DNA from: Thermodesulfobacteriota bacterium
Lineage (GTDB): Bacteria > Desulfobacterota > DSM-4660 > Desulfatiglandales > Desulfatiglandaceae
DNA length: 64,000 nucleotides
Direction: 5' to 3'
NCBI GenBank assembly: GCA_030837545.1
Contig: JAUPKI010000006.1
Span: forward strand, 4,665 to 68,664
Made by a program: the position numbers and the translations under genes. The notes under the pieces were generated by a model, which saw only the letters and a list, made by a program, of their open reading frames with translations, was not told the origin of the DNA and searched no databases. Numbering within the stretch: the stretch's first letter is position 1; each line of letters begins with the position of its first letter. Below, in pieces: positions 41,915 to 49,652 of the stretch.

Positions 41915-43249
41915 ATGCCCGTATCGACGTTCAAGTCCATCGCAACTGAGAAGGAAAACCTGGAGCGCATCCTCGACAATCTTTCAGAGGGGATCATCGC
42001 CCATGACAAGGAGCGGCGCATCCTCTTTTTTAACCGGGCTGCTGAAGACATTACAGGTTATCAGCGAAAGGATATCCTCGGAAGGGACTGCCATGAGGCC
42101 TTTGGCAGACCATTTTGCGGCGACCGCTGTTCCTTCAAGGATGGCCCCCCTGATTCCCTTGAACACGCCACATATCCCCTGAACATCTTCACGCCGGAAG
42201 GGAAGCTGCGTCGTATCGAGATGCGGGTGACTGGGATGCTGGACCATGACGGCGCCTTTGTCGGCGTTCTGGCCTCTTTCAGGGATCTGACCGAGCTGAT
42301 CGGTTTGCGACTGCAACTTGTTGAACTGACCCATTTCGGGATTGTGGGGCAGGATCCCAAGATCATGCAGATTTTCAGGGAGATTCGGGACCTGGCGACC
42401 AGCGACTATCCGGTATGCATTACGGGTGAGACCGGTACCGGAAAGGAGCTGGTGGCCAATGCCATTCACGACGAGAGCCTGCGGGCCGGCAAACCGTTTG
42501 TGCCGGTCAATTGCGGGGCCCTGCCTGAGGGCCTGCTGGAAAGCGAGCTGTTCGGGCACGTCAAAGGGGCCTTTACCGGGGCAGTGCGGGACAAAAAAGG
42601 TCGCTTTGAGATGACCGACGGCGGCACCCTTTTCCTGGATGAGGTAGCGGAATTGCCCAAGACGGTCCAGGTGAAATTGCTCCGGGTCCTACAGGAAGGG
42701 ACCTTTGAGCGGGTGGGGGGCGAAGAGCGTATTTCTGTAGATGTGCGGATCATTACCGCCACCAACAAGAACCTGAAGCGCGAGGTGGAGAAGGGGAATT
42801 TTAGGGATGATCTTTACTACCGTATCAATGTGGTCCCGATCCATATGCCTCCCCTCCGTGAGCGCAGGAGCGACATCCCGGTTCTGGTGGCCCATTTCCT
42901 CCGCAGGGCCGCGGAACAGGGACAGGAAAGCCCCGGATTTTCAAAGGAGGCGATGACTGCGATGGAAGATTATGCCTGGCCTGGAAATGTCCGCGAGCTT
43001 CAAAGCGCAGTCCGTTTCGCCCTGGTGAAGGCAAGGGGCCGGATGATTCGGCCGGAGTACCTTCCTCTGGAACTTAAGGAATGGTTAGAGAGACGGCGAG
43101 GTCTTTACGGCCCCAAAAGAAAACTGGACCCTGACAACGTGAGGACAGCCCTCACCCATACCGGGGGCAATAAGGCCAAGGCCGCCCGGCTTCTGGGGGT
43201 GGGCCGGGCCACGCTGTACCGATTTTTGGCCGATATGCCCGATTTATGA
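41915..43249 (+). CDS. sigma-54-dependent transcriptional activator (PAS sensor, AAA+ domain, Fis-type HTH; no receiver domain)
   Basis: 444 aa. PAS domain (LSEGIIAHDKERRILFFNRAAEDITGY), Walker A GETGTGKE, GAFTGA motif and C-terminal HTH KAKAARLLGVGRATLYRFL. The PAS core carries C-x8-C-x3-C (CHEAFGRPFCGDRC). Confidence 0.95.
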   Translation: MPVSTFKSIATEKENLERILDNLSEGIIAHDKERRILFFNRAAEDITGYQRKDILGRDCHEAFGRPFCGDRCSFKDGPPDSLEHATYPLNIFTPEGKLRRIEMRVTGMLDHDGAFVGVLASFRDLTELIGLRLQLVELTHFGIVGQDPKIMQIFREIRDLATSDYPVCITGETGTGKELVANAIHDESLRAGKPFVPVNCGALPEGLLESELFGHVKGAFTGAVRDKKGRFEMTDGGTLFLDEVAELPKTVQVKLLRVLQEGTFERVGGEERISVDVRIITATNKNLKREVEKGNFRDDLYYRINVVPIHMPPLRERRSDIPVLVAHFLRRAAEQGQESPGFSKEAMTAMEDYAWPGNVRELQSAVRFALVKARGRMIRPEYLPLELKEWLERRRGLYGPKRKLDPDNVRTALTHTGGNKAKAARLLGVGRATLYRFLADMPDL

Positions 43250-43319
43250 TGGGGTGACTGTTCTCCAGATGAAAGGGTGGCAGGGAAATAGCGATCCAAC
43301 CGGATCAGGCAGGACGGTA

Positions 43320-43362
43320 GTGTCTCATGAAACATTTCTGTTTCATATAACGAATGAGACAC
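43320..43362. promoter_or_regulatory. nested perfect palindrome (GTGTCTCATGAAACA-N4-TGTTTCAT-N7-ATGAGACAC), candidate enhancer/operator
   Basis: Read directly. The outer arms TGTCTCAT/ATGAGACA reuse the 8-mer seen again at 43596..43603. Confidence 0.5.
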
Positions 43363-43585
43363 TCCTCGCATGCCTGTTCGTTTTCAGCATTCCTCGCGGC
43401 ACAAACGCCGATCATTAACCCAACCTAATTAAATTAAAGCAATATTTCTCCTTCGCCTTCAGGCAAATCGATCGCGAGCAGCGCCGTCGCCATCTTTTTG
43501 CAGCGTCAGCAGCGCTGTCGGAACGTCCTTTGAATGTTTGGGGATCTGCCGCAATATCGAAGGCTTATGAACCATCGAATTGACC

Positions 43586-43603
43586 GAGACACTATTGTCT
43601 CAT
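43586..43603. promoter_or_regulatory. palindrome GAGACA-CTAT-TGTCTC(AT), candidate UAS about 115 nt upstream of the -24 element
   Basis: Read directly. The distance is typical of bacterial enhancer-binding-protein sites. Confidence 0.5.
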
Positions 43604-43707
43604 TCATGCGCTCCCCGAACTCGCCTCATGGGAGATCCGATGGGATGATATTATTTAACTGCCTATTATCTATAGCTATTTTAATTTTTTCACTTTGGAT
43701 GGACGTG

Positions 43708-43724
43708 TTGGCACAGAACCTGCC
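43708..43724 (+). promoter_or_regulatory. candidate sigma-54 (-24/-12) promoter TTGGCACAGAACCTGCC
   Basis: TGGCAC at 43709..43714, 5-nt spacer, CTGC at 43720..43723 (GG-N10-GC spacing is exact). About 40 nt upstream of the ATG at 43763 and immediately downstream of the EBP gene. Confidence 0.6.
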
Positions 43725-43762
43725 TATTTAAAAGCCTAAACTGATCAGACCGCTCCGGAGGC

Positions 43763-43972
43763 ATGATGATGAGACCCTGTGATGAAAGCATCAAGAAAAC
43801 CCTTGGCCTTGTGGATACCATGCTGGAAATGGCCGATGAAGGAGACGAGGTACGGGAAGACAGCGGGTGCGGCGTGCTGTTTGGGGTACTCAGGGATTCC
43901 GCATTCAAATTAAAGAGGCTGGCGGAGGCCGAGAGAGACGCCCATAAACGGAAGGGCTGGTGGGAAGAATAG
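43763..43972 (+). CDS. hypothetical small acidic protein (69 aa)
   Basis: ORF with GGAGG 4-8 nt upstream. First gene after the -24/-12 promoter. No family recognised. Confidence 0.55.
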   Translation: MMMRPCDESIKKTLGLVDTMLEMADEGDEVREDSGCGVLFGVLRDSAFKLKRLAEAERDAHKRKGWWEE

Positions 43973-44035
43973 GGAGGGGCTGACGGCCTCCAACGTGGGC
44001 AGCCACGAGAAAAACCTCGAAAGGAGGCGGAACTG

Positions 44036-44392
44036 ATGATGGGATTAGCTGAATTAAGAAAAAACCGACATCTTATCGATGCGATAGATTGGGACATGAG
44101 TCCTGAGGAGGCGGTCCGTCTATACCTTGAATGGGGCAACAACTGGAGCCGGGGGTATCGAATGATCAGGTCAAAGGAGGACGAGAGCTATTATTTTGTC
44201 CTCAATACCTGGGAAGAGGTTCCAGTCGTTTACTTTATCCGGAGGGCTTCGGAAGGAGCCATAGAGCTTGCCCGTGTTGAGGTGCCGAAGCGTCTAAGTG
44301 AAACGGTGGATCAGGGGAGAGGCATTCACAGGGGAATATACGCGGTTGAAGATGAGTTGCGGGACTGGCTCAGGGAGGAATTGGATGCATAA
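44036..44392 (+). CDS. hypothetical protein (118 aa)
   Basis: ORF preceded by AAGGAGG. No family recognised. Confidence 0.6.
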   Translation: MMGLAELRKNRHLIDAIDWDMSPEEAVRLYLEWGNNWSRGYRMIRSKEDESYYFVLNTWEEVPVVYFIRRASEGAIELARVEVPKRLSETVDQGRGIHRGIYAVEDELRDWLREELDA

Positions 44393-44430
44393 CGTTCGGT
44401 CGGTCGATCGTTATCATAAGGAAGGCAGAT

Positions 44431-44613
44431 ATGGGAAAAATCATTTTGGAGGCCATGAAAAAGGCGGGAAAACCTGTAAGACCAGGAGACATTGCAAAAA
44501 TCTTGGGGATTGACAGCAAAGAGGTTTCCAAGGCGATCAGCACGCTGAAGGAAAAGGGGGAGGTCCTATCCCCCAAAAGGTGCTATTATTCTCTGGCGAC
44601 GGACGAGCAATAA
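44431..44613 (+). CDS. small winged-helix DNA-binding-like protein (60 aa)
   Basis: MGKIILEAMKKAGKPVRPGDIAKILGIDSKEVSKAISTLKEKGEV resembles a minimal MarR-like wHTH. Confidence 0.55.
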   Translation: MGKIILEAMKKAGKPVRPGDIAKILGIDSKEVSKAISTLKEKGEVLSPKRCYYSLATDEQ

Positions 44614-44625
44614 GGGGAGACGGCC

Positions 44626-44835
44626 ATGGCGACACCTGAAGAGATGTGGCAATGCCAGACAACGAATTGCGGATATATCTACAATCCGGACAAGGGAGAT
44701 CGAAAGGGAAAGATCCCCAAGGGGACCCGTTTCGAGGACCTGCTGGAAGACTGGAAGTGCCCGGTATGCGGGGCATCCAAAAAGAATTTCAGGCCATTGG
44801 GCGGACCAGGGTCCGTGGCAGCCGAAGGGCGTTGA
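44626..44835 (+). CDS. rubredoxin-like protein with atypical first Cys pair (C-x4-C ... C-x2-C)
   Basis: 69 aa. [18 protein letters not shown]...[23 protein letters not shown] is colinear with rubredoxin but has CQTTNC instead of CxxC. Confidence 0.8.
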   Translation: MATPEEMWQCQTTNCGYIYNPDKGDRKGKIPKGTRFEDLLEDWKCPVCGASKKNFRPLGGPGSVAAEGR

Positions 44836-44961
44836 TGAAGGGACGCTGGATGGCCTAAGTGCAGTTATTTGGTTAAAGGCCCTTTATGTCCCTGAGCTAA
44901 ACCAGTCCCGATGGATGGGGGAATGTGAACCAATCACACACGTGAAAGGAGGGAGAGACGA

Positions 44962-45534
44962 ATGAGCTTGAAAGGAAGCGAGACTGAAAAGAACCTGTTG
45001 ACCGCCTTTGCAGGGGAATCCCAGGCGAGAAACCGATATACCTATTTTGCCAGCCAGGCCAAGAAGGAAGGATTCGTTCAGATGTCCGCCATCTTCGAAG
45101 AGACCGCCAACCAGGAAAAGGAACATGCCAAAAGGCTCTTCAAATTTTTAGAAGGGGGTGAGGTGGAGATAAGAGCGGCCTTTCCGGCCGGGGCAATCGG
45201 AAATACATTAGAAAACCTCAAGGCCGCTGCGGCTGGGGAGAACTACGAGCATACCGAGATGTACCCAGGCTTTGCTGAAACGGCCAAGAGAGAGGGGTTC
45301 GATGCCATTGCCGCGGTGTTTCTGGCGATTGCCGTTGCCGAAAAACAGCACGAGAAGCGATACAATGACCTCGCTGCCAATATTCAGGCAGGCCGTGTTT
45401 TCAAGAGGGATTCGGAGACTGTATGGCGATGCAGGAACTGTGGGTATATCCACATCGGAAAGACTGCGCCAGAGTCATGTCCCGCCTGTGCCCACCCGCA
45501 GGCGCACTTCGAGCTCCTGGGAGAGAATTATTAG
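44962..45534 (+). CDS. rbr: rubrerythrin
   Basis: 190 aa. Diiron four-helix bundle (EKEHAKR, EKQHEKR ExxH motifs) plus a C-terminal rubredoxin-like CRNCGY...CPACAHP. Confidence 0.95.
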   Translation: MSLKGSETEKNLLTAFAGESQARNRYTYFASQAKKEGFVQMSAIFEETANQEKEHAKRLFKFLEGGEVEIRAAFPAGAIGNTLENLKAAAAGENYEHTEMYPGFAETAKREGFDAIAAVFLAIAVAEKQHEKRYNDLAANIQAGRVFKRDSETVWRCRNCGYIHIGKTAPESCPACAHPQAHFELLGENY

Positions 45535-45597
45535 GGATTCAGGGATTCAGGAATTTAGGGATTTAGGAATTCAGGGATTTAGGGATTGAAGGATTTT
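45532..45597 (+). repeat. degenerate tandem AGGGATTY word repeats (about 8 units) starting at the rbr stop codon
   Basis: Read directly: tagggattcagggattcaggaatttagggatttaggaattcagggatttagggattgaaggattt. Confidence 0.8.
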
Positions 45598-45726
45598 TGC
45601 GGGAGGAATCCTGGGTTGCTGCTATGCCGGACGGAAAAATGGTGCGGCTTGCATTTGGAGACCGGTTCGCGTAGATTTAAGGTGGAGATCACCGCTGATT
45701 AACCTATTTATTGAGGAGGTAACGAC

Positions 45727-46101
45727 ATGGCACAGAAGTTAGAGGTTTACAAGTGTGAAGTATGCGGGAATATCGTGGAGGTCGTTCACGGGGGCAAAGG
45801 AGAATTGGTGTGCTGCGGCAAGCCAATGGTGCTTCAGAAGGAAAATACCGTGGACGCTGCCAAGGAAAAACATGTTCCTGTGGTCGAAAAGGCCGCTGAT
45901 GGACTCAAGGTGAAGGTGGGGAATGTGGCCCACCCCATGGAGGAGAAGCACTTTATTGAATGGATAGAGATCATTGCTGACGGAAAGGCCTATCGCCAGT
46001 TTCTCAACCCGGGCGAGGCGCCGGAGGCCTTGTTCGGGCTCAGCGCCGGCCAGATCACGGCCCGGGCCTATTGCAACATCCACGGTCTCTGGAAAGGATA
46101 G
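45727..46101 (+). CDS. dfx: desulfoferrodoxin (2Fe superoxide reductase)
   Basis: 124 aa. N-terminal desulforedoxin motif [13 protein letters not shown]...LVCCGKPM and SOR centre II motifs ([22 protein letters not shown]). Confidence 0.95.
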   Translation: MAQKLEVYKCEVCGNIVEVVHGGKGELVCCGKPMVLQKENTVDAAKEKHVPVVEKAADGLKVKVGNVAHPMEEKHFIEWIEIIADGKAYRQFLNPGEAPEALFGLSAGQITARAYCNIHGLWKG

Positions 46102-46154
46102 TCTGGCCCACCCGGAATGGCTGAGTGGGTTTTTGCGAGCGACAGGAGAATGAC

Positions 46155-46625
46155 ATGTTATCGAGCAAGATGGACAACCTGTTGGTCAATTTGGCGAAAA
46201 TTGAACGAGGTATTTCCAGGATTTACGAATACCTTTCCAAACAGGAGGCCTTCACGCCCCCTGTGAGGCGTTTCTGGAAAGCTATCATGGAAGAAGAAGA
46301 AGTACACGAGAAGATCTTCAAGGATATCCGTGAAAGGGCCAGGGCCGACGATTCATTTGAGATTGAGATCGGCACGGATCTGGATGAGCTGAAGGCCTTT
46401 GTTGAAAAACTGAACGTGCTCCTTTTGGATATAAAAAAGTCGAATGTCTCTGAGTCCGAGGCCTATTCGTTTGGCGCAACCATAGAGGCTGAAATCGACG
46501 AGGCGAATTTTTTGAAGAGGGTTAAAACCAAGGATCCCGAAATGTCTAAAATGCTCAATCGGATCGATTCGGGGACCCAGAAGCATCGGGTGATGATGGT
46601 CAATTATTTACGAGGCATAAGTTAG
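46155..46625 (+). CDS. ferritin-like / rubrerythrin-fold protein of unknown function
   Basis: About 156 aa from MLSSKMDNLL. All-helical, with one ExxH (EEEEVHEK) and conserved Glu positions, so only a partial diiron ligand set. The track start at 46125 precedes a weak hairpin and is unlikely. Confidence 0.6.
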   Translation: MLSSKMDNLLVNLAKIERGISRIYEYLSKQEAFTPPVRRFWKAIMEEEEVHEKIFKDIRERARADDSFEIEIGTDLDELKAFVEKLNVLLLDIKKSNVSESEAYSFGATIEAEIDEANFLKRVKTKDPEMSKMLNRIDSGTQKHRVMMVNYLRGIS

Positions 46626-46754
46626 CCTTCCCGGATTTGATGCAGACGAACAGACGAGAGTCACCGTCGGCCCTCGGACTCGATCCTCGGGGGCGTGAAT
46701 CAGGACCGCGGCAGGCAGGCCTCCCTAACCAGATCGAAAAGGAGGTAGGTCGAA

Positions 46755-46907
46755 ATGGCAGAGTGGAAGTGTAAGGAATGCGGGTATACCGTCAAAGAGG
46801 ATGTGCCGCCAGAGATATGTCCCATCTGCAAGAAAAAATGCGAATTTGTCGATACAACCTGCTATATACCGGACTGCGGCAAAACCGGTCAGGACCCACG
46901 GCTTTAG
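46755..46907 (+). CDS. small rubredoxin-like zinc-ribbon protein (50 aa; below the ORF-track cutoff)
   Basis: My own translation: MAEWKCKECGYTVKEDVPPEICPICKKKCEFVDTTCYIPDCGKTGQDPRL*. AAGGAGG lies 8 nt upstream. The CxxC...CxxC knuckles resemble the rubrerythrin C-terminal domain. Confidence 0.65.
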   Translation: MAEWKCKECGYTVKEDVPPEICPICKKKCEFVDTTCYIPDCGKTGQDPRL

Positions 46908-46936
46908 CAGGACTCAAAAAGGAAGGAGGCTTCAAT

Positions 46937-47119
46937 ATGTCAAAAAGGAAATACCGTGTCAGGGCCGAATGCCCCCAGTGTGCGTGTGGGGATGTCAGTT
47001 TTCTGGGCCCCGAGAAACTGCGGGAGAAGTTCATCGGGGACGAAAAGGAGATCGATATCCTTTGTCCCCTCTGCGGAACCAAACATAAAGGAATTGTCGA
47101 AGAGGTTAAAGACGAATAG
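46937..47119 (+). CDS. small Cys-rich zinc-ribbon-like protein (60 aa)
   Basis: MSKRKYRVRAECPQCACGDV...ILCPLCGTKHKG. GGAAGGAGG lies 7 nt upstream. Internal start within track ORF 46778..47119. Confidence 0.6.
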   Translation: MSKRKYRVRAECPQCACGDVSFLGPEKLREKFIGDEKEIDILCPLCGTKHKGIVEEVKDE

Positions 47120-47131
47120 GAGGAGAGGCAA

Positions 47132-47572
47132 ATGGCAAAGGCATTGATTGTCTATGCATCAAGGACCGGTTCAACCCAGAAGATTGCCGACCTAATCGCC
47201 GAAGGCATTCGCATCAGCGGAAGAGAGGCTACGGTCGCTAACGTCACCGGGGTCAAGAAGGTGGAAGACCTGCAAGGCTATGACGCATACGTCTTCGGGT
47301 CTGCAACCTACCACGGAGAGATGATGCAAGGCATGAAAACCATGCTCTTCCTGGCGGAGAAGACGGGCCTTGAAGGAAAGGTGGGGGGCTCTTTCGGCGC
47401 CTTTGGATGGAGCGGCGAGGCCCCGGGACGCATCTTCGATACGATGAAGAACGTTCTGAACATGAAAATGGTGGCAGGGCCGTTGAGGCTCAAATCCGCT
47501 TCACTGGGGGGCGGTATTCAAATGGCCCAGGATTATGGGCGTGACATCTACAAAAAGATGGCCTCATCTTAG
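47132..47572 (+). CDS. flavodoxin family protein
   Basis: 146 aa. Starts ALIVYASRTGSTQKIA (FMN phosphate loop) and contains GSATYHGEM and FGAFGWSGEA. Confidence 0.9.
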   Translation: MAKALIVYASRTGSTQKIADLIAEGIRISGREATVANVTGVKKVEDLQGYDAYVFGSATYHGEMMQGMKTMLFLAEKTGLEGKVGGSFGAFGWSGEAPGRIFDTMKNVLNMKMVAGPLRLKSASLGGGIQMAQDYGRDIYKKMASS

Positions 47573-47612
47573 GCCTCTCACTGGATGATGATCATCAGAA
47601 AGGAGTGGCGCC

Positions 47613-47801
47613 ATGACGACGACACCGCAGCACTGCCCCGGATGGGAGCAATTTAAAAACCTGAAGACATTTACCTGTAAATGCCCCAATTGTGGAAAAG
47701 AGAAAGAGATTTTTTCAGATGAGTTTAACAAGCCGCACATCTGTTCCGGATGTGGAAAAGAGATCGATTTTACCCAGTGTACGTTGGATTCAGGGAAATA
47801 G
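47613..47801 (+). CDS. small Cys-rich protein (62 aa; CP..., CKCPNCG, CSGCG)
   Basis: ORF with an AGGAG-containing upstream region. Two zinc-ribbon knuckles. No family recognised. Confidence 0.55.
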   Translation: MTTTPQHCPGWEQFKNLKTFTCKCPNCGKEKEIFSDEFNKPHICSGCGKEIDFTQCTLDSGK

Positions 47802-47812
47802 GAGACAACATC

Positions 47813-47974
47813 ATGGATAAATATGTCTGTTCGGTATGCGGGTATGTCTATGACCCGGAGCAAGGAGACCCGGATAACGGCATCGCCGCCGGGACGAAAT
47901 TCGAGGACCTCCCGGATGACTGGGTCTGTCCGGTCTGCGGGGCTGACAAAGAACTGTTTGAGAAAGAATCGTAA
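47813..47974 (+). CDS. rubredoxin
   Basis: 53 aa: [51 protein letters not shown]. Canonical rubredoxin. Internal start of track ORF 47750..47974. Confidence 0.95.
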   Translation: MDKYVCSVCGYVYDPEQGDPDNGIAAGTKFEDLPDDWVCPVCGADKELFEKES

Positions 47975-47995
47975 GGCAACAGATAAGGGAGAGGA

Positions 47996-48445
47996 ATGGA
48001 CCAGGACAGCATTCTTGTCCGGTGCGGTCGTTGCGGCACAAAGAACAGGGTCCCCAAGTCCCGACTCAACCAGGGACCGGCATGCGGAAGGTGTAAATCG
48101 CCGCTCTCAGTCGGACAGGGCCTCGACAGACCTGTTGACATCACAGACAACGCGTTTGATTCAGAGGTCCTTTCCGCTGCCGGTCCGGTCCTCGTGGATT
48201 GTTGGGCCCCCTGGTGCGGGCCGTGCCGCATGGTGGGGCCCGTGCTTGAACAACTGGCCCGGGAATATGCAGGTCGGGTCAAGATCGCCAAGCTGAATGT
48301 GGATGACAATCCGCGAATTGCTTCGCGCTATGCCATCCGGAGCGTCCCGACCATGCTCCTCTTTAACAAGGGAGAAATGGTCGACAGCATGGTCGGCGCC
48401 CTTCCCAAGCAAGAGATCGAACGGCGCCTTCGGCCGCTCCTTTGA
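47996..48445 (+). CDS. thioredoxin with N-terminal zinc-finger extension (Trx2/TrxC type)
   Basis: 149 aa. N-terminal CGRCGTKN...CGRCKSPL followed by the WAPWCGPC active site. Confidence 0.93.
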   Translation: MDQDSILVRCGRCGTKNRVPKSRLNQGPACGRCKSPLSVGQGLDRPVDITDNAFDSEVLSAAGPVLVDCWAPWCGPCRMVGPVLEQLAREYAGRVKIAKLNVDDNPRIASRYAIRSVPTMLLFNKGEMVDSMVGALPKQEIERRLRPLL

Positions 48446-48465
48446 AAGGAACAGGGCGTTTGCGT

Positions 48466-48792
48466 ATGGAAAACTCAATCCCTTCCGGCAAGCCCCAATG
48501 CCCCGACTGTGTCCAATGCCAGATGTGCAGCAGGGCCCGATGCCGTATCTGCCGGAAAGGAGATCATGCGACATTATCTCCGCAACCGGGGATCGGCCTT
48601 ACCCACGGGGCGTATCTTCAATGGAAGCGGGAGCGGGACGCGCAGGTGTCTGGCCCACAGGAGCAAAAACGGTCAACATTGAAAGAGTGTAAGTTATTCT
48701 TGTTCCGGACGTTCAATGGCCAGGCATCGACGGGTGGGGTCGTGCGTATTTATCCGCACATTCTGAGCAGTCAGACTCGCCTGTGCGAATGA
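48466..48792 (+). CDS. possible Cys-rich hypothetical protein (uncertain)
   Basis: ORF MENSIPSGKPQCPDCVQCQMCSRARCRICRKGD... It has a weak RBS and its last third runs through the REP-like element, so the end, or the whole ORF, may be spurious. Confidence 0.25.
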   Translation: MENSIPSGKPQCPDCVQCQMCSRARCRICRKGDHATLSPQPGIGLTHGAYLQWKRERDAQVSGPQEQKRSTLKECKLFLFRTFNGQASTGGVVRIYPHILSSQTRLCE

Positions 48793-48806
48793 ATTCGCAC
48801 CTACAG
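48735..48806 (+). repeat. composite REP/BIME-like element (two hairpin units)
   Basis: Sequence gggtcgtgcgtatttatccgcacattctgagcagtcagactcgcctgtgcgaatgaattcgcacctacagg. Its reverse complement aligns almost base for base with 53607..53680. Confidence 0.8.
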
Positions 48807-48857
48807 GCACAGGGCCAACGAAAAAAGGTTAGACTCAAATGGACAACGGGGGGTTGA

Positions 48858-49109
48858 ATGGATCATTCGGTAAAGATGTATTCACTGAGCACCTGCGGCC
48901 ATTGCAAGGCAACGAAGAAGCTCTTGAATGAGTGCCAGGTCCAGTATGAGTTTACGGATGTGGATCTGCTCGAGGGAGAAGAGCGGGCAGCCATACTGGA
49001 AGACGTCAGGAAATGGAACCCAAACTGCTCTTTTCCAACCATTATCATCGGAGAACGGGTCATTGTTGGATACAAGGAAGATGAGATCAGGGAGGCGCTG
49101 GGGCTATGA
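48858..49109 (+). CDS. glutaredoxin-like protein (YruB/NrdH-like, CGHC active site)
   Basis: 83 aa. KMYSLSTCGHCKATKKLL and FPTIIIGERVIVGY. Confidence 0.88.
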   Translation: MDHSVKMYSLSTCGHCKATKKLLNECQVQYEFTDVDLLEGEERAAILEDVRKWNPNCSFPTIIIGERVIVGYKEDEIREALGL

Positions 49110-49432
49110 ACGAGGTGGAAACCCTTTACAAGACATTGAAGACGGCGCAGGAGCCTAAGGGATACCTGTTCAGCACAGACAAGGAAAGAGTCCATGAACT
49201 CCTGGACGGGCTCATCGTCAATAAAAAGCGTTATGGCTATATGTGCTGCCCATGTCGGCTGGCGTCGGGCGATCGAGAAAAGGACCGGGATATCCTCTGC
49301 CCGTGCGTCTACAGGGAAGACGATGTGAAGGAATATGGGAGTTGCTACTGCAACCTCTATGTTTCAAAGGGATGGAACGAGGGGAAGGTCCCCCGTATCT
49401 ATGTCCCCGAAAGACGGCCGTCTCCCTTCTAA
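49106..49432 (+). CDS. ferredoxin:thioredoxin reductase catalytic-subunit-like protein
   Basis: 108 aa. CCPCR...LCPC...GSCYCNLY matches the FTR-beta CPC/CxC [4Fe-4S]-disulfide signature. ATGA overlap with the glutaredoxin-like gene. Confidence 0.88.
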   Translation: MNEVETLYKTLKTAQEPKGYLFSTDKERVHELLDGLIVNKKRYGYMCCPCRLASGDREKDRDILCPCVYREDDVKEYGSCYCNLYVSKGWNEGKVPRIYVPERRPSPF

Positions 49433-49652
49433 TCTAAAAGGCAGAGGCCTCGCGCAGAGGCGCCCAAGACGCGAAGTTTGAAAGGCAGCTTCCGTTGGAA
49501 TGCGGGGACGGATGTATGAACGCGCGTCCGACACAAACAAGCTGTTTTGGCTTTTTGTGTGTCGGGAGGCATGGGAATCAGGCGCCGTGATGTCTCGAAC
49601 ATCGATTGAAAACCCGTCGGAGTCACTCGCCAGCAAGGAAAGGACTGCATAA

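Noticed and set aside
43534-43731. 65-aa ORF in the EBP-to-operon spacer.
   Set aside because: It contains the UAS palindrome and the -24/-12 promoter, has no RBS and gives a hydrophobic, junk-like translation. This is regulatory DNA, not coding sequence.
45640-45654. TGGTGCGGCTTGCAT upstream of dfx looked like a second sigma-54 promoter.
   Set aside because: The spacing between the GG and GC elements is 8 nt instead of the required 10, so it does not fit the -24/-12 geometry.
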